A stretch of DNA of 64,000 nucleotides. Source: Armatimonadota bacterium. GTDB taxonomy: Bacteria; Armatimonadota; UBA5829; DTLH01. The first letter of the stretch is position 1. Every line of letters begins with the position of its first letter. Where the stretch lies: assembly GCA_029551395.1 (NCBI GenBank), contig JAKPFN010000083.1, positions 1,779-65,778 of the forward strand, written 5' to 3'. Under the pieces are notes generated by a model. The model was not told the origin of the DNA and ran no database searches. It saw nothing but the letters and a program-made list of their open reading frames with translations. Shown here piece after piece: positions 30,710 to 43,380 of the stretch. Both the position numbers and the translations under genes were made by a program.

Positions 30710-31852
30710 TTACGCAGCGGAAAGAGCATCAAGATTCTGCACCAGGCCTCGTTCCTCTATGTGAGAAACCAGTTCCTGCTTCTTGAACCTTGCCCCAAGC
30801 ACATACGCATCAGCCCCGCCGTAGAATAGGATTACATCTTCTCCACATACACAGCTTCCGGCAGGAAAGACGCAGTTCAGGTTCCTGTCATGGGGCCACG
30901 GTGAATGAAGTTCATAAGGTGTTTCAGGCTCGATAAGACAGTCTGCCCTTCCTTCCACTATGGCTTCAGGACAGGATGGATCGAACCTGTTGAAGTTGAG
31001 AATGGCATAACCTGCTGAGTAATCCCGCTCCCCGGTAGCGTAATAGTTGCCCGTGTGGTAGTCCAAAAGGTAACGGTTGTTTCCAAGCGATAAGGGAGCC
31101 GAACCAGCACCTAGCCAGGATATGTGATATCTGGGGTCCGATGCAGCACGCATGATGGTGCCTATATCCTGCCACTCGCCTGTTGGCGAATCAGCTATGG
31201 CAAGTGCTATATTGAACTCGCCCTGATGCCCTACCATGGGCCTGTGGAGCATCACATATTTTCCGTCTATGGTATCAGACATAATGACGGCATCTTTGTT
31301 CGGGTAGCTGTTGACGTCTCCTTCTACCGGACCGAGTTTCGTCCAGTTCACCATGTCCTGAGATACTGCCATGCATATCCTGATGTTGTGTTCTACTGGC
31401 AGGTTAGGGTTGTAACCGCAGTAGACCATGTAGAAGGTATCGCCTATTCGTGTAACCCGCTGGTCCTCGACGCCGTTGTAGTCATAGCCCATCGGATCGT
31501 CACCTGGGACAACTACGGGATAGGCCAGGCGTTCCAGAAGCTCAAAGCCCGGTGTAAAGACCGCAAGCCCTACTGAAGACCTGAGAGTCGGGCGTCCAGG
31601 AACCTCCGTTGGGATTCCTCTGTAATAAACCACTATTACTCCGTCCTGGAGTTTGGGATCGTTCAGAGAATGGCGGCTCAGCACTCTCTGTATAAGTCTG
31701 TCGTTTGTGGAAGACCGCTCGAGGCGGACGGCTGTAGGATTGAGGGTAAAACCATCATCCCAGCCTGATGGATCGGCCGAAATCAACGGTCGACCGTTAT
31801 TAAGACGTTCGAAATTGAGTCTTGTGCTGCAGCTCATTGCCGCTTTATCCAT
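30710..31852 (-). CDS. GH130-like glycosidase/phosphorylase
   Basis: LNPTAV, GVEDQRVT, NKDAV, MLHRP, WLGAGSAP, NCVFPAG, FYGGAD (five-bladed propeller). Confidence 0.85.
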   Translation of the reverse strand: MDKAAMSCSTRLNFERLNNGRPLISADPSGWDDGFTLNPTAVRLERSSTNDRLIQRVLSRHSLNDPKLQDGVIVVYYRGIPTEVPGRPTLRSSVGLAVFTPGFELLERLAYPVVVPGDDPMGYDYNGVEDQRVTRIGDTFYMVYCGYNPNLPVEHNIRICMAVSQDMVNWTKLGPVEGDVNSYPNKDAVIMSDTIDGKYVMLHRPMVGHQGEFNIALAIADSPTGEWQDIGTIMRAASDPRYHISWLGAGSAPLSLGNNRYLLDYHTGNYYATGERDYSAGYAILNFNRFDPSCPEAIVEGRADCLIEPETPYELHSPWPHDRNLNCVFPAGSCVCGEDVILFYGGADAYVLGARFKKQELVSHIEERGLVQNLDALSAA

Positions 31853-32053
31853 CCTTATTCACGTTTAAGTGTTGTCCCTGTAACGGGATTTCTTCGTAAA
31901 TAATGCACTGTTCAATGCAATTGTTTGACAAATATGAGCCAATGGCCGAGGTCTATAGTATCACGGCATAATTGCTCAGTCAATTAGCATGACTGAAATA
32001 TTTTAGAGATTGTTCTCGATTATTTTTCTAGGAGATACTAGGGGGACAGTAGC

Positions 32054-32080
32054 GAGTGATGAGTGACGAGTGATGAGTCT
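32054..32080 (+). repeat. GAGTGAY heptamer array
   Basis: gagtgat gagtgac gagtgat gagtct. Confidence 0.7.
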
Positions 32081-32124
32081 ATACAAAGGTGTAATCGAAG
32101 CCAGAAACGGAGTAGATTCGGTTT

Positions 32125-32155
32125 TTGGAGTGCGAAGCCTGACTCCGCACTCCAA
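32125..32155. repeat. REP-like palindrome
   Basis: TTGGAGTGCG/CGCACTCCAA 10 bp stem with no downstream U-tract on either strand. Confidence 0.5.
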
Positions 32156-32162
32156 TCCTCTC

Positions 32163-33113
32163 CTAAGCCGCTTTTCTAGTCATTCCAAGCAGCTCGGGGT
32201 CGAAAACGAACACTCCCTTGATATAATCCTTCGGACGATTTTTTGTGATGGTATCAAACGCCTTCTGAGGATCGTTTGCATCGAAGAAATGAGTGACCAA
32301 CGGCTTCAGGTCGAACACTCCATCCCGGATATACTGCACGGCTTCTTGAAAATCACGAGTCCAGTCACGCGATGCAGCCGGAGTAGCGTTCAGTACATCC
32401 AGCCCTTTCATATGCCACAGGTTGGTATTGCATACCCTCGTAGGCAGGTGATGGGCAAACAGGCAGAGTATTCCACCGTTTCGCACGAAGTATTCAGCAC
32501 TGGTAAGCCCTTCCTCACAGCCGGAACACTCTATCACCACATCCTGAGACTCCATCTCAGGCGCGTCTGTGCGGGCGCCGTACTTCTCAGCCAGAGCAAG
32601 CCTCTCAGGGTTGATATCTCGGGCTATAACCTCAAACCCTCGCTTTACTCCAAGCTGGACCAGGAGCAGCCCCATAAACCCGCAGCCGATGACTGTCATC
32701 CTTGCACCCGGATTGCGCTCCTCTATCAATCTGATGCCGTTTACAGCGCACGCTGTCGGTTCACCCATCCAAAGATACAGGTCTTCCTCATCATCCGGGA
32801 TCTTCGACGCTTGACCTTCCCAGACGCAGTAATAATCGCTGTAGTTGGCAAACCCGAGCGTGCTTACCTTATCGCCTACCTTGAACTGGGTGACATCGCT
32901 GCCGACCTCAACTACCACACCAACGGCCTCGTGCCCCATGACAGTCGGAAACCAATCGATAGGCAGCTCACCGGTAAATGCGTGGAGTTCAAACGCGCAA
33001 ATGCCATTTGCAGCAGTCTTGACCATAATCTCCCACGGCTGTGGAGATGCTATTTCGCTTTCCTGAACCTCAACCTGGCCGACTCCTTTAAAGACAAGAG
33101 TTCTGCCCTTCAT
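32163..33113 (-). CDS. Zinc-binding (MDR) alcohol/sugar dehydrogenase
   Basis: GICAFELH, MGHEAVG, EPTAC, VIGCGFMG, VIECSG. Confidence 0.88.
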   Translation of the reverse strand: MKGRTLVFKGVGQVEVQESEIASPQPWEIMVKTAANGICAFELHAFTGELPIDWFPTVMGHEAVGVVVEVGSDVTQFKVGDKVSTLGFANYSDYYCVWEGQASKIPDDEEDLYLWMGEPTACAVNGIRLIEERNPGARMTVIGCGFMGLLLVQLGVKRGFEVIARDINPERLALAEKYGARTDAPEMESQDVVIECSGCEEGLTSAEYFVRNGGILCLFAHHLPTRVCNTNLWHMKGLDVLNATPAASRDWTRDFQEAVQYIRDGVFDLKPLVTHFFDANDPQKAFDTITKNRPKDYIKGVFVFDPELLGMTRKAA

Positions 33114-33232
33114 TACAAAGCATCCTTTCTTTATATCAAGCCCTCTGCTTCGAGCGGCTCATACTTTTCTAACTTTCTCTTCTTTCAAGTTTTCCACGTC
33201 TAGCCCTTCTCGCTTTTTCGCGATTAACATCC

Positions 33233-35392
33233 TCAGGCTAGAGTAATACTAGCTGAAATCAGATTCAAAACCCGTGCATCGTGACCGTTTACTGAGACAG
33301 TCAACTGGTTGTCTTTTGCAGCTACCTTCTCACCCGTTACAATGTCCACCGAGCTATCTAATGCATTAATATCATCCGAGAATCTCACTGTTACCTCTTT
33401 GCGCTCAAGTGAGATGTTGACTACATAAGCTGTGAGCCTGCCATCGGACTCGTGCAGCCTGACCCAGACATCCATATCCGAAGGTGCGGCTCTTGGCTTC
33501 ACCCCGAGGCTTTCTGCAAGGTCAGCAATCAACCGTCCGGCATCCTCGCAGCCCCACTCGAGACATAGACCCGGATAAGTGCCGATCAATACCGCTTTGC
33601 CATTCCCAAAAGTGTTCCGGGTCATAGCAGGGCCTCCATCAGAGTATTCTGCCAATACTTCAGCCGACTGAACAACCAACTGCTGTCGGTGAACAGTGCA
33701 CCACACGCTTTTATCGTTCCAGACAATATGAGGAGCGTTTTCCAACACTGTCTCAGGCCCGCTTTCGGCCTTTACGCCGAACACTTCATGCAGACCGTAA
33801 CCCGGAGTCGTTACCTGGACATATCCGCCGTTCCCAAATTGCGCCGGACATGCTTCAGAGATCAACACACCGCCGTTTCGGACATAATCGGCCAGCACCT
33901 TGGCTGTTTTTTCCTCTATCATCAGCGGAAACGGCAGGTAGACCATCGGATAGCCTTCCAATTGATCCGGTCTGACAAAATCCACCTGATAACCAGCCTG
34001 CGAAAGCGCTTTGTAAGCCCCTCGGACAGCCTGAGCATATTTTCCTGCATTCCGGTCAGAGATATGGCAGAAAATCTGGGACTCGGGAATCACTACTATG
34101 GCTGCATCCCCCTTCAACGGCTTCGATTCAAGCAGTTCAGGATGGGAATTAGTGAACTTTGCGAACCATGAGGCAGCTTCGGTGCGTTCTGTCGGCGATC
34201 CATCGAGATTACACAGCCCGAATCCAGGAGATTCTGGCCCCAGTAGTTCCGGTCTCCACTGCCAGTAGAGAACGCCTTTGCCTCCTGATGCAAGGCTGAT
34301 CCAGTTCCACAGCCGGATATCCTCCGGTTTTGGCGCGCGGCTGTGCATCAACCCTTCTCCAGAAGGCCCCGCCTGTGTCTCAGCAGTCCAGAATGTCTTC
34401 CCGGCAGACGCCCCACGGATCATATCGTGAACTTTGAACGTCTCGATGTTGTCGTAGTTGAACCAGAGCGGGAAGCAGGAAAGCCCGTAGAGATCGACCT
34501 CTTTAACGTTGCGCCAGTCGTCGGTGAGATGTGTGCAGGTGGAGCCGATAGTAGTCGGCAGTCCGTGAGATACCAGCAGCACGTCAGGATCAGCTTCCCG
34601 AAGCGTCTGTACCCGCCATCTGAGCAGTTCTCCCTGGTTAGCCAGCCTGAACTTGATCCAGTCTATCCAGTCCGGGTAGCCTCCCCAATACCTTGGCGGC
34701 ACAACCTGTTCCCAGGATGTATAGCGGCGATACCATGCCTTGGAAAGCCCTTCTATATCACCGTAGGACTGCTTCAGGTTGTTCCTGAACTTCTCTATTG
34801 TAGCCTGACAGTAGCAGTAGTACTGGCTGCCGATGTAGCCGTCCAATTCAAACCAGACCTCATTCCAGACATCATAGCCAAGGAGTGCTTTATGGCCTCT
34901 GAAATGCGCAGCGAGTGCGGTCATAAACGACTGTGCAGCCTCGCGCGGCACTGAATTGTCCAGGCAAAGCCCCGGCCAGCCTCCTCCCGGAGTGTTAGGT
35001 CTGCCCATTGGAGTTATCTGCTGGCCGTCGTTTGCTGTGTAACGCGCATCAGCGTTCTGCTCGACGAGCCAAGCAGGTGTATTCTCCAGAATAACCTGTA
35101 TCAGCGCATTTAGCCCGATTTCCCGGCACAGTTCCATCAGCCTGTCAAGGTGGGAAAAATCGAAACTGTCGTTTGAGGTATGAATCCAGCTCCACATGGC
35201 CCAGAGCCGCACTGTATTCATGCCCTGCTCTTTCATCAGCCGCAGGTCATGCTCCCAGTCTTCCTTCGGTGGGTTAGGCGTGCGGTAATACTGCGCCCCA
35301 TAAGGAAAGATGATATTGCTCATAATATGCCAGTAGTTTTCCAATTGCTGAATTAGCGCCGGATAAGACTCCGTGCAGTCTAGTTCAAGCAA
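33233..35392 (-). CDS. Beta-galactosidase, GH42
   Basis: YGAQYY, GMNTVR, DVWNE, AETQAG, YWQWR, trimerisation-domain pattern. Confidence 0.9.
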   Translation of the reverse strand: MLELDCTESYPALIQQLENYWHIMSNIIFPYGAQYYRTPNPPKEDWEHDLRLMKEQGMNTVRLWAMWSWIHTSNDSFDFSHLDRLMELCREIGLNALIQVILENTPAWLVEQNADARYTANDGQQITPMGRPNTPGGGWPGLCLDNSVPREAAQSFMTALAAHFRGHKALLGYDVWNEVWFELDGYIGSQYYCYCQATIEKFRNNLKQSYGDIEGLSKAWYRRYTSWEQVVPPRYWGGYPDWIDWIKFRLANQGELLRWRVQTLREADPDVLLVSHGLPTTIGSTCTHLTDDWRNVKEVDLYGLSCFPLWFNYDNIETFKVHDMIRGASAGKTFWTAETQAGPSGEGLMHSRAPKPEDIRLWNWISLASGGKGVLYWQWRPELLGPESPGFGLCNLDGSPTERTEAASWFAKFTNSHPELLESKPLKGDAAIVVIPESQIFCHISDRNAGKYAQAVRGAYKALSQAGYQVDFVRPDQLEGYPMVYLPFPLMIEEKTAKVLADYVRNGGVLISEACPAQFGNGGYVQVTTPGYGLHEVFGVKAESGPETVLENAPHIVWNDKSVWCTVHRQQLVVQSAEVLAEYSDGGPAMTRNTFGNGKAVLIGTYPGLCLEWGCEDAGRLIADLAESLGVKPRAAPSDMDVWVRLHESDGRLTAYVVNISLERKEVTVRFSDDINALDSSVDIVTGEKVAAKDNQLTVSVNGHDARVLNLISASITLA

Positions 35393-35819
35393 GCGTGCAT
35401 TAATTCTCGCAGATTTGTCATAATTTTACTGCCCAAGTATAACATAACTGGCTCTATAGTCAAGTTTCAGGTGGTTGCTGGCAAGCTTGAGAGGGAAAAC
35501 CATAGAAGGATTGCATTCAAAAGCGCACTCTTTCTGTTGCCGAGATTCACTCTTACGGTCTTTTTTATGGAATTACTAAATGGTGGTATCAGTGTTGCTA
35601 TTTTGGTAATTCTTTTCATCATTACAGGGCACTTAACATTACCAGGTTGACAAGCATACTTAAGCTGGGTTATTAATACATTATAACTGGTTTCATAATC
35701 TGGCCGGGTCTGCGGCGGCATAAATACAGGCTTGAGACCAGTGTAAACAGCTTAATTCCCGCAAGACCTCGAAGAAGGTCGTCCCCCGCTTGCGAGGATA
35801 ATTTAATAGGAGGTCTCCC

Positions 35820-38303
35820 GTGCGTATTGTAACAGCATGTGCAGTGTTGCTTCTTTTAATGCTGTGCACGAGCGTATGCGCCGTCGCCGCTGACGGTGAC
35901 CAGGCGCTGCTCATATTGAATAGTAACGACTTCGCTGATACGGAGGCTACAATTACCGCCATCCACAAAATCGGCGGACATGCAATGCATGTTTTCCCTC
36001 CGACAGCAGTTATAGCAAGTATCCCACCGGAAATCGAGAACCAGGTCAGGGCGATTCCCAATGTGGCTGCACTGTATCGAGAAACTGTACCGATGATTGC
36101 AGGTGCAGGTCTTGCCGAAGAGACTGGAATCAAAGCCTGGAACTACCTGAATCTTCCTGAACCAGCCAGCACAGAGTCTAAAGGACAGCCCCTCTCAGGT
36201 GATGTATTTATTGCACCAAAAGGCGCTGACCCAATGACACTTGGTGTATCTCCGGCTGCTCCCGGTTACTACGACACAAGCCTGTTCTTGATTGGTAAGG
36301 TGGCATTTGGAATTATTATGCCGGAATCAAATGGCGGTAGTGAGAACTGGAGTACCAGCAGGCAGGACACGGTGGTAAATGAAATTGTTGCTGGTATGAA
36401 CTGGTGGACTTCCAAAGGCGGGGGAGCGGCCAGAGTTACCTTCTACTATGATATTCAGAGAAGCATACCCACCCAGTACGAGCCTATCACTATGAATGGC
36501 TGGACTGACGAGAACCTTTGGGTAAGCGACATCTTCCTGAATATGGGCTACTCCAGCGGAGATAACTACGCCCGCGCCAGGGCATATATCAACAGTATCC
36601 GTAATACCTATCATACAGACTGGTGCCTTGCAGCTATTGTCGTGGACAGCCTTGTTGATGGAGATGGAACATTCAAAAGCGGTTACTTTGCATATGCATA
36701 TCTTAATGGGCCTTACATCATAATGACCTACGACAACGGCGGCTATGGCATTTCTTCTATGGACACTGTCGTTAGACATGAAGTAGGACATGTATTCGGA
36801 GCTGGCGATGAATACTGCGCTCCCGGTTATGCCTGCTGTGACTTCGGTTATTACGGCTACTTGAACATCTATAACGGCAACTGTGAGGATAACAATCCCA
36901 ACTCTGTTCCTTGTGTTATGAAATCCAACTCAAACTCCATTTGTACCTATACACATAGTCAATTGGGATGGAGAGACACGGATTCCGACGGTCTGCCTGA
37001 CCCGGTGGATACGGTTGTAAACAACAGCCTATCTTCACATCCATCGCCTACTCGCATGATTCATGCCACATTTACCGGTACAGCATCCTGTACAGCTTAC
37101 AATTCGCCTACTATGAGCGATGTAACAATCAACAAAATCTTTGCTGTAAAGTATAGAATCGACGGCGGCGAGTGGATGGATGCTGTTGCCGTAGATGGCG
37201 CATTCGATAAAGACACTGAGTCTTATACATTCACGACTCCGGCGCTTTCTACAGGCACGCACCTGATAGAAACTCAGGCTCTTTCCTGCTACGGAGATAC
37301 GGCTACAGCTAATGGCAATTATTCGGCAATTGCTTCCCGGACAATCGAAGTCTACGACCCGGATCCCACTCCGCCAGTAATGAACGCAGTCATAGATGAG
37401 GGAGAAATTGCCTCAGATGATACCAGGCTCTCAGCAAGTTGGAGCGCATTTGAGCCTGATTCGTCCATTACCGAGTACCAGTATGCAATCGGCACATCTC
37501 CCACCGACCCAGGAAGCGGCTACGTGAGAGACTGGACTTCCACTTCTATGAATTCCTCGGTTATCGCAACCGGACTAAACCTGACTGTAGGAGAGACTTA
37601 CTACTTCTACGTTAAAGCTAAAAATGTAAGCGGAGTCTGGAGCGATGTAGCTGTATCAGACGGCATTAAGATTGTTAACTTGACAATCGGGCAAGCCAAA
37701 GCGCTCGAACATGGCCGTTGGATAGTGCTTAAAGACAAAGTGGTTACAATCCCTACATTCTCAAGTGTATACAATCAGTTCTACGTAGAGGAAATGGACC
37801 GGTCAGCAGGAATTCGTGTCAAGTGGGGCAGTTCGGTAGCCAAAGGAAGCAAAGTGACCATCAAGGGTACAATCAATCAGGCGTCGAGCGCGACCAATTA
37901 TGAGAGAGAAATCGTTGCAACAAGCGTCACTGTCACATCATCGAATAACACGCTTCCGAAGCCTGTAGGTATGAACTGCAGGGCCATAGGCGGCACCAGT
38001 CTGAACGATTATACACCGGGCGTATACGGAGGCTATGGGCTGAACAACATAGGTCTGCTGGTCCGTATTTGCGGCAAGGTCACCTATAAGGGAACTGGAT
38101 TCTTCTACGTAGATGACGGTACCCAGCGAGAAGCCTATAGCACCTTCACTGGCATCAGGGTCAACAGCTCAGCTTCGGTAAACACTGGCGACATCGTTAT
38201 AGTCACCGGTGTGTTGACAACGACTGTCCCATCAGGCTGGAATGAGACTCTTCCTTTGATTAGGACCAGAGATGCGTCTGATGTAAGAGTAATCGGGCCG
38301 TAA
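35820..38303 (+). CDS. Secreted zinc metallopeptidase with an FN3-like module and the shared C-terminal domain
   Basis: Signal peptide; HEVGHVFGAGDEY (HExxHxxGxxD) at 36777; C-terminal module shared with 50823 and 60138. Confidence 0.85.
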   Translation: MRIVTACAVLLLLMLCTSVCAVAADGDQALLILNSNDFADTEATITAIHKIGGHAMHVFPPTAVIASIPPEIENQVRAIPNVAALYRETVPMIAGAGLAEETGIKAWNYLNLPEPASTESKGQPLSGDVFIAPKGADPMTLGVSPAAPGYYDTSLFLIGKVAFGIIMPESNGGSENWSTSRQDTVVNEIVAGMNWWTSKGGGAARVTFYYDIQRSIPTQYEPITMNGWTDENLWVSDIFLNMGYSSGDNYARARAYINSIRNTYHTDWCLAAIVVDSLVDGDGTFKSGYFAYAYLNGPYIIMTYDNGGYGISSMDTVVRHEVGHVFGAGDEYCAPGYACCDFGYYGYLNIYNGNCEDNNPNSVPCVMKSNSNSICTYTHSQLGWRDTDSDGLPDPVDTVVNNSLSSHPSPTRMIHATFTGTASCTAYNSPTMSDVTINKIFAVKYRIDGGEWMDAVAVDGAFDKDTESYTFTTPALSTGTHLIETQALSCYGDTATANGNYSAIASRTIEVYDPDPTPPVMNAVIDEGEIASDDTRLSASWSAFEPDSSITEYQYAIGTSPTDPGSGYVRDWTSTSMNSSVIATGLNLTVGETYYFYVKAKNVSGVWSDVAVSDGIKIVNLTIGQAKALEHGRWIVLKDKVVTIPTFSSVYNQFYVEEMDRSAGIRVKWGSSVAKGSKVTIKGTINQASSATNYEREIVATSVTVTSSNNTLPKPVGMNCRAIGGTSLNDYTPGVYGGYGLNNIGLLVRICGKVTYKGTGFFYVDDGTQREAYSTFTGIRVNSSASVNTGDIVIVTGVLTTTVPSGWNETLPLIRTRDASDVRVIGP

Positions 38304-38332
38304 AAGGGGCTGATTATAGAATCTGATAACCG

Positions 38333-38366
38333 AACGGGCTGGAGGTTGTTCTTCCAGCCCGTTTTT
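38333..38366. terminator. Terminator between convergent genes
   Basis: AACGGGCTGGAGG/CTTCCAGCCCGTTTTT. Confidence 0.75.
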
Positions 38367-38371
38367 GAATT

Positions 38372-39130
38372 TCACTGCTTCTTGATTATATGCTGAATAG
38401 CCGCATTTGCTGCCGTCAGGCCGAAAATCCCGGTTATGGTAGGCAGGCTGCCGAGGATGTTTCTGACTCTGCCGCGAGATAATACCTGTTCTTCACCTGG
38501 AGCATCTACAGGCATCCTTACAGGAAGCGGATTTGGAAGCAGTTCTTCGGAATACACGCAGTCGAAGTCCACCGGCACGCCTCGCCGCCTGAGCCGCTGC
38601 CTTACCACTCTTCCCAATGGACAGTGATGCACTTTGCTCAAAGGCGCAACCCGTACGGAAGTCGCATCAGACCTCATAGCGGCTCCAAGGCAGGAAATCA
38701 CAGGCACTTCCTTCATCCGGACCGCTTCAAGCAGGTCTACTTTGGGATTAAGCCCGTCTATCGCATCTATGACGATATCAGGGTACTCTCCTATGAACTC
38801 CCACACCGTTTCAGCGTCGATAAACCCATGCACGGTTTCAACCTGGCACGATGGGTTGATGTCCAGTACTCGCTCTTTCGCAACGTCGATTTTGAGCCGA
38901 CCGATTGTTGATTCCAGCGCGTATAGCTGTCTGTTTATATTGCTTGGGCAGACACTGTCGAAGTCAACGAGCCTCAGCCTGCTGACTCCTGCTCGCGCTA
39001 GTCCCTCAACGGCATAGCTGCCTACTGCTCCGAGTCCTACAACTGCCACAGATGCCTTCCTGAGTTTCTCGCAAGCTTCGCTTCCCAGCATAAGCTCTAT
39101 TCTACTGAACCTGGTATCCTGTTGAACCAT
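38372..39130 (-). CDS. tcdA: tRNA threonylcarbamoyladenosine dehydratase (ThiF family)
   Basis: FSRIELMLG, VGLGAVGS, DFDSVCPSNINRQ, DAID, CVYSEE, GSLPTITGIFG. Confidence 0.88.
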   Translation of the reverse strand: MVQQDTRFSRIELMLGSEACEKLRKASVAVVGLGAVGSYAVEGLARAGVSRLRLVDFDSVCPSNINRQLYALESTIGRLKIDVAKERVLDINPSCQVETVHGFIDAETVWEFIGEYPDIVIDAIDGLNPKVDLLEAVRMKEVPVISCLGAAMRSDATSVRVAPLSKVHHCPLGRVVRQRLRRRGVPVDFDCVYSEELLPNPLPVRMPVDAPGEEQVLSRGRVRNILGSLPTITGIFGLTAANAAIQHIIKKQ

Positions 39131-39138
39131 TGCTGTTG

Positions 39139-39969
39139 TTAATCTCTACCTCTATTTGCCAGAATTGGCCCGTAAAACGTCTGCGCGTTCTGCCAAACCT
39201 TCTCCTGCAGTTCCTCATGCCTCATTTGAAGCAGTTCTGCAATACCTTTTAGCACTCCAGGCAGGTTCGCCGGATGGTTAAGCACCTCTCCATCCGATGA
39301 ATCTACCTGATAATTCCGATACTTCTCGGGAGGAAGCATATATGGGGCATCGGTTTCCATAAGAAGCCGGTCAATCGGAACCGCTGCCAGTGCTTCACGC
39401 GCCCGTTTTCGGTTTTCCAAAAGAACAGTCCCGGAGAATGTAAAATATGCGCCCATCCTGACGAGTGGTTCGACAAGGTCTGCCGGCCCTCCGTAGGCAT
39501 GAATCAGCATCCCTCGGGGCAGTTCAGGTTCATCCCGCAGAATATCCATCAACATCCCCCATGCTTTTACGCAGTGAACCATCACCGGCCGGTCGAACCT
39601 CCGCGCAAGCTCCAGTTGTATACGGAACACTTCTATCTGCAGTTCCTTATCAGGCGGAATATGCAGCCAATCCAGCCCGATTTCGCCAACGCCAGACACT
39701 GTATTTTGCAAAAAGTCTTCGAGGATCGATATCCAGCCTTCGGAACGGCGGTTTACAAACCAGGGATGCAGTCCAAAGCATGGCACTATCTGGGGATACT
39801 TTTCGGCTAAGTCAAGCAGCTTCGGCCAATCCTCCTCAGATGTGCCGTTACACACCAGATGCGACACCCCGACAGCCTCTGCTTGCCTGATTATCGCCCC
39901 GATATCCGCCTGCTGCCCATAATCCTGCAGGTGCAGATGTGAATCTACTAAGCCAGGTGAACTCATCAC
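39139..39969 (-). CDS. tatD: TatD-family hydrolase
   Basis: DSHLHL, GLHPW, GEIGLD, VMVHC, LIHAY, ETDAP; start at GTG 39969 or ATG 39966, since the longer upstream frame is repeat sequence. Confidence 0.9.
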   Translation of the reverse strand: MMSSPGLVDSHLHLQDYGQQADIGAIIRQAEAVGVSHLVCNGTSEEDWPKLLDLAEKYPQIVPCFGLHPWFVNRRSEGWISILEDFLQNTVSGVGEIGLDWLHIPPDKELQIEVFRIQLELARRFDRPVMVHCVKAWGMLMDILRDEPELPRGMLIHAYGGPADLVEPLVRMGAYFTFSGTVLLENRKRAREALAAVPIDRLLMETDAPYMLPPEKYRNYQVDSSDGEVLNHPANLPGVLKGIAELLQMRHEELQEKVWQNAQTFYGPILANRGRD

Positions 39970-40048
39970 GGAGATAAGTATAACACCAATCCGGCCTTTG
40001 CAGTACCCTTCAAGCGTGGAGTTAGGGAGACGAAGAAAACCAGAAAGA

Positions 40049-40111
40049 GAGTGAAAAGTGTAAAGTGAAAAGTAACGAGTGACGAGTTTCGAGTGATGAG
40101 TGATGAGTAAA
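40049..40111 (+). repeat. Heptamer array (9 units) with an inverted partner at 40356-40380
   Basis: gagtgaa aagtgta aagtgaa aagtaac gagtgac gagtttc gagtgat gagtgat gagtaaa. Confidence 0.75.
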
Positions 40112-40113
40112 TT

Positions 40114-40350
40114 CGATGGTCCGGCCCGTCTCGCACCTCCGATGGTCCGGCCTGTCTCGCGCCGGACCAGAGTTTGCTGCACATCCTTGTGCAGCTATTC
40201 TTATATATGTCGGTGCGTGCTTTTAACGCCGACGCTTAGTTATGATCCTGATCCGGTCATGCTGAACCTGTTTCAGCATCTCTGTTGAGCATCGTTTTCC
40301 GCATGAGGACGTACAGTTAATCCTGCCCGGCGCGGGGACGAGCCGGGCAA
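40114..40350. repeat. Cluster of REP-like hairpins, including copy 3 of the 45 bp hairpin (40207-40248)
   Basis: 26 nt direct repeat at 40114/40140; TGGTCCGGC/GCCGGACCA; GCTGCACA/TGTGCAGC; ATGCTGAA/TTCAGCAT; GCCCGGC/GCCGGGC. Confidence 0.6.
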
Positions 40351-40464
40351 TCGGACACTTTACTCTTTACACTTTTCTCTTTCCCCTCTCCTTGTAACAG
40401 CTCTCCTTGACACTTGTCCAGCCTGTTAATACCATGTGTTGTGCATCTTAGTAGCTGCGTATAA

Positions 40465-42951
<2,487 letters not shown>

Positions 42952-42962
<11 letters not shown>

Positions 42963-43380
42963 AGAAAAAGGCTTTGAAATAATCGACAAACGTGCTCCGC
43001 GCGATGAACCACCTTCTGAGCAGCAAACTCAAGAGAAACCTGAGCCGGAAAAACCTTCAGAACAACCAACAGCCGAAGGTGCAGAAGATCAGGAACAGAA
43101 AGCTGGTGAGCAGGAGGAGCCGACAGGCGATGTATATTCGCTCATTCAGTGGGTTATTCTGATTCTGGCCGAGAGCGCCTGGCAGGCAATGGGCCTTCGC
43201 CCGAATCCAACGACACGTAAGATACATCAAGACCTTAACCAGGCCAAAACAGCCGTTGACAGCATTGCTTTTTTGGTAGAACAGGTAGCTCCCCATGTGT
43301 CTGAGGAGCAGAAAAGGGAATATCGCAATCTGGTGAGCGATTTACGGGTTAATTTTGTGCAGAAGAGCCGGACTCCTTAG
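42952..43380 (+). CDS. DUF1844-like protein
   Basis: AWQAMGL.PNP, DLNQAKTAVD, LRVNFV; GGAGG RBS before ATG 42952. Confidence 0.8.

Noticed and set aside
32070-33203. Long antisense ORFs (e.g. 32070..33203, 40465..42138, 12262..12999, 14661..15443)
   Set aside because: They are shadows of well-supported genes on the opposite strand and carry no motifs.
35740-35815. Nested hairpins upstream of the secreted peptidase as a riboswitch
   Set aside because: The stems are short and match no aptamer consensus I can identify.
39970-40182. N-terminal extension of the tatD ORF (347 aa call)
   Set aside because: It translates heptamer and REP sequence; the TatD DxHxH motif begins just after 39966.
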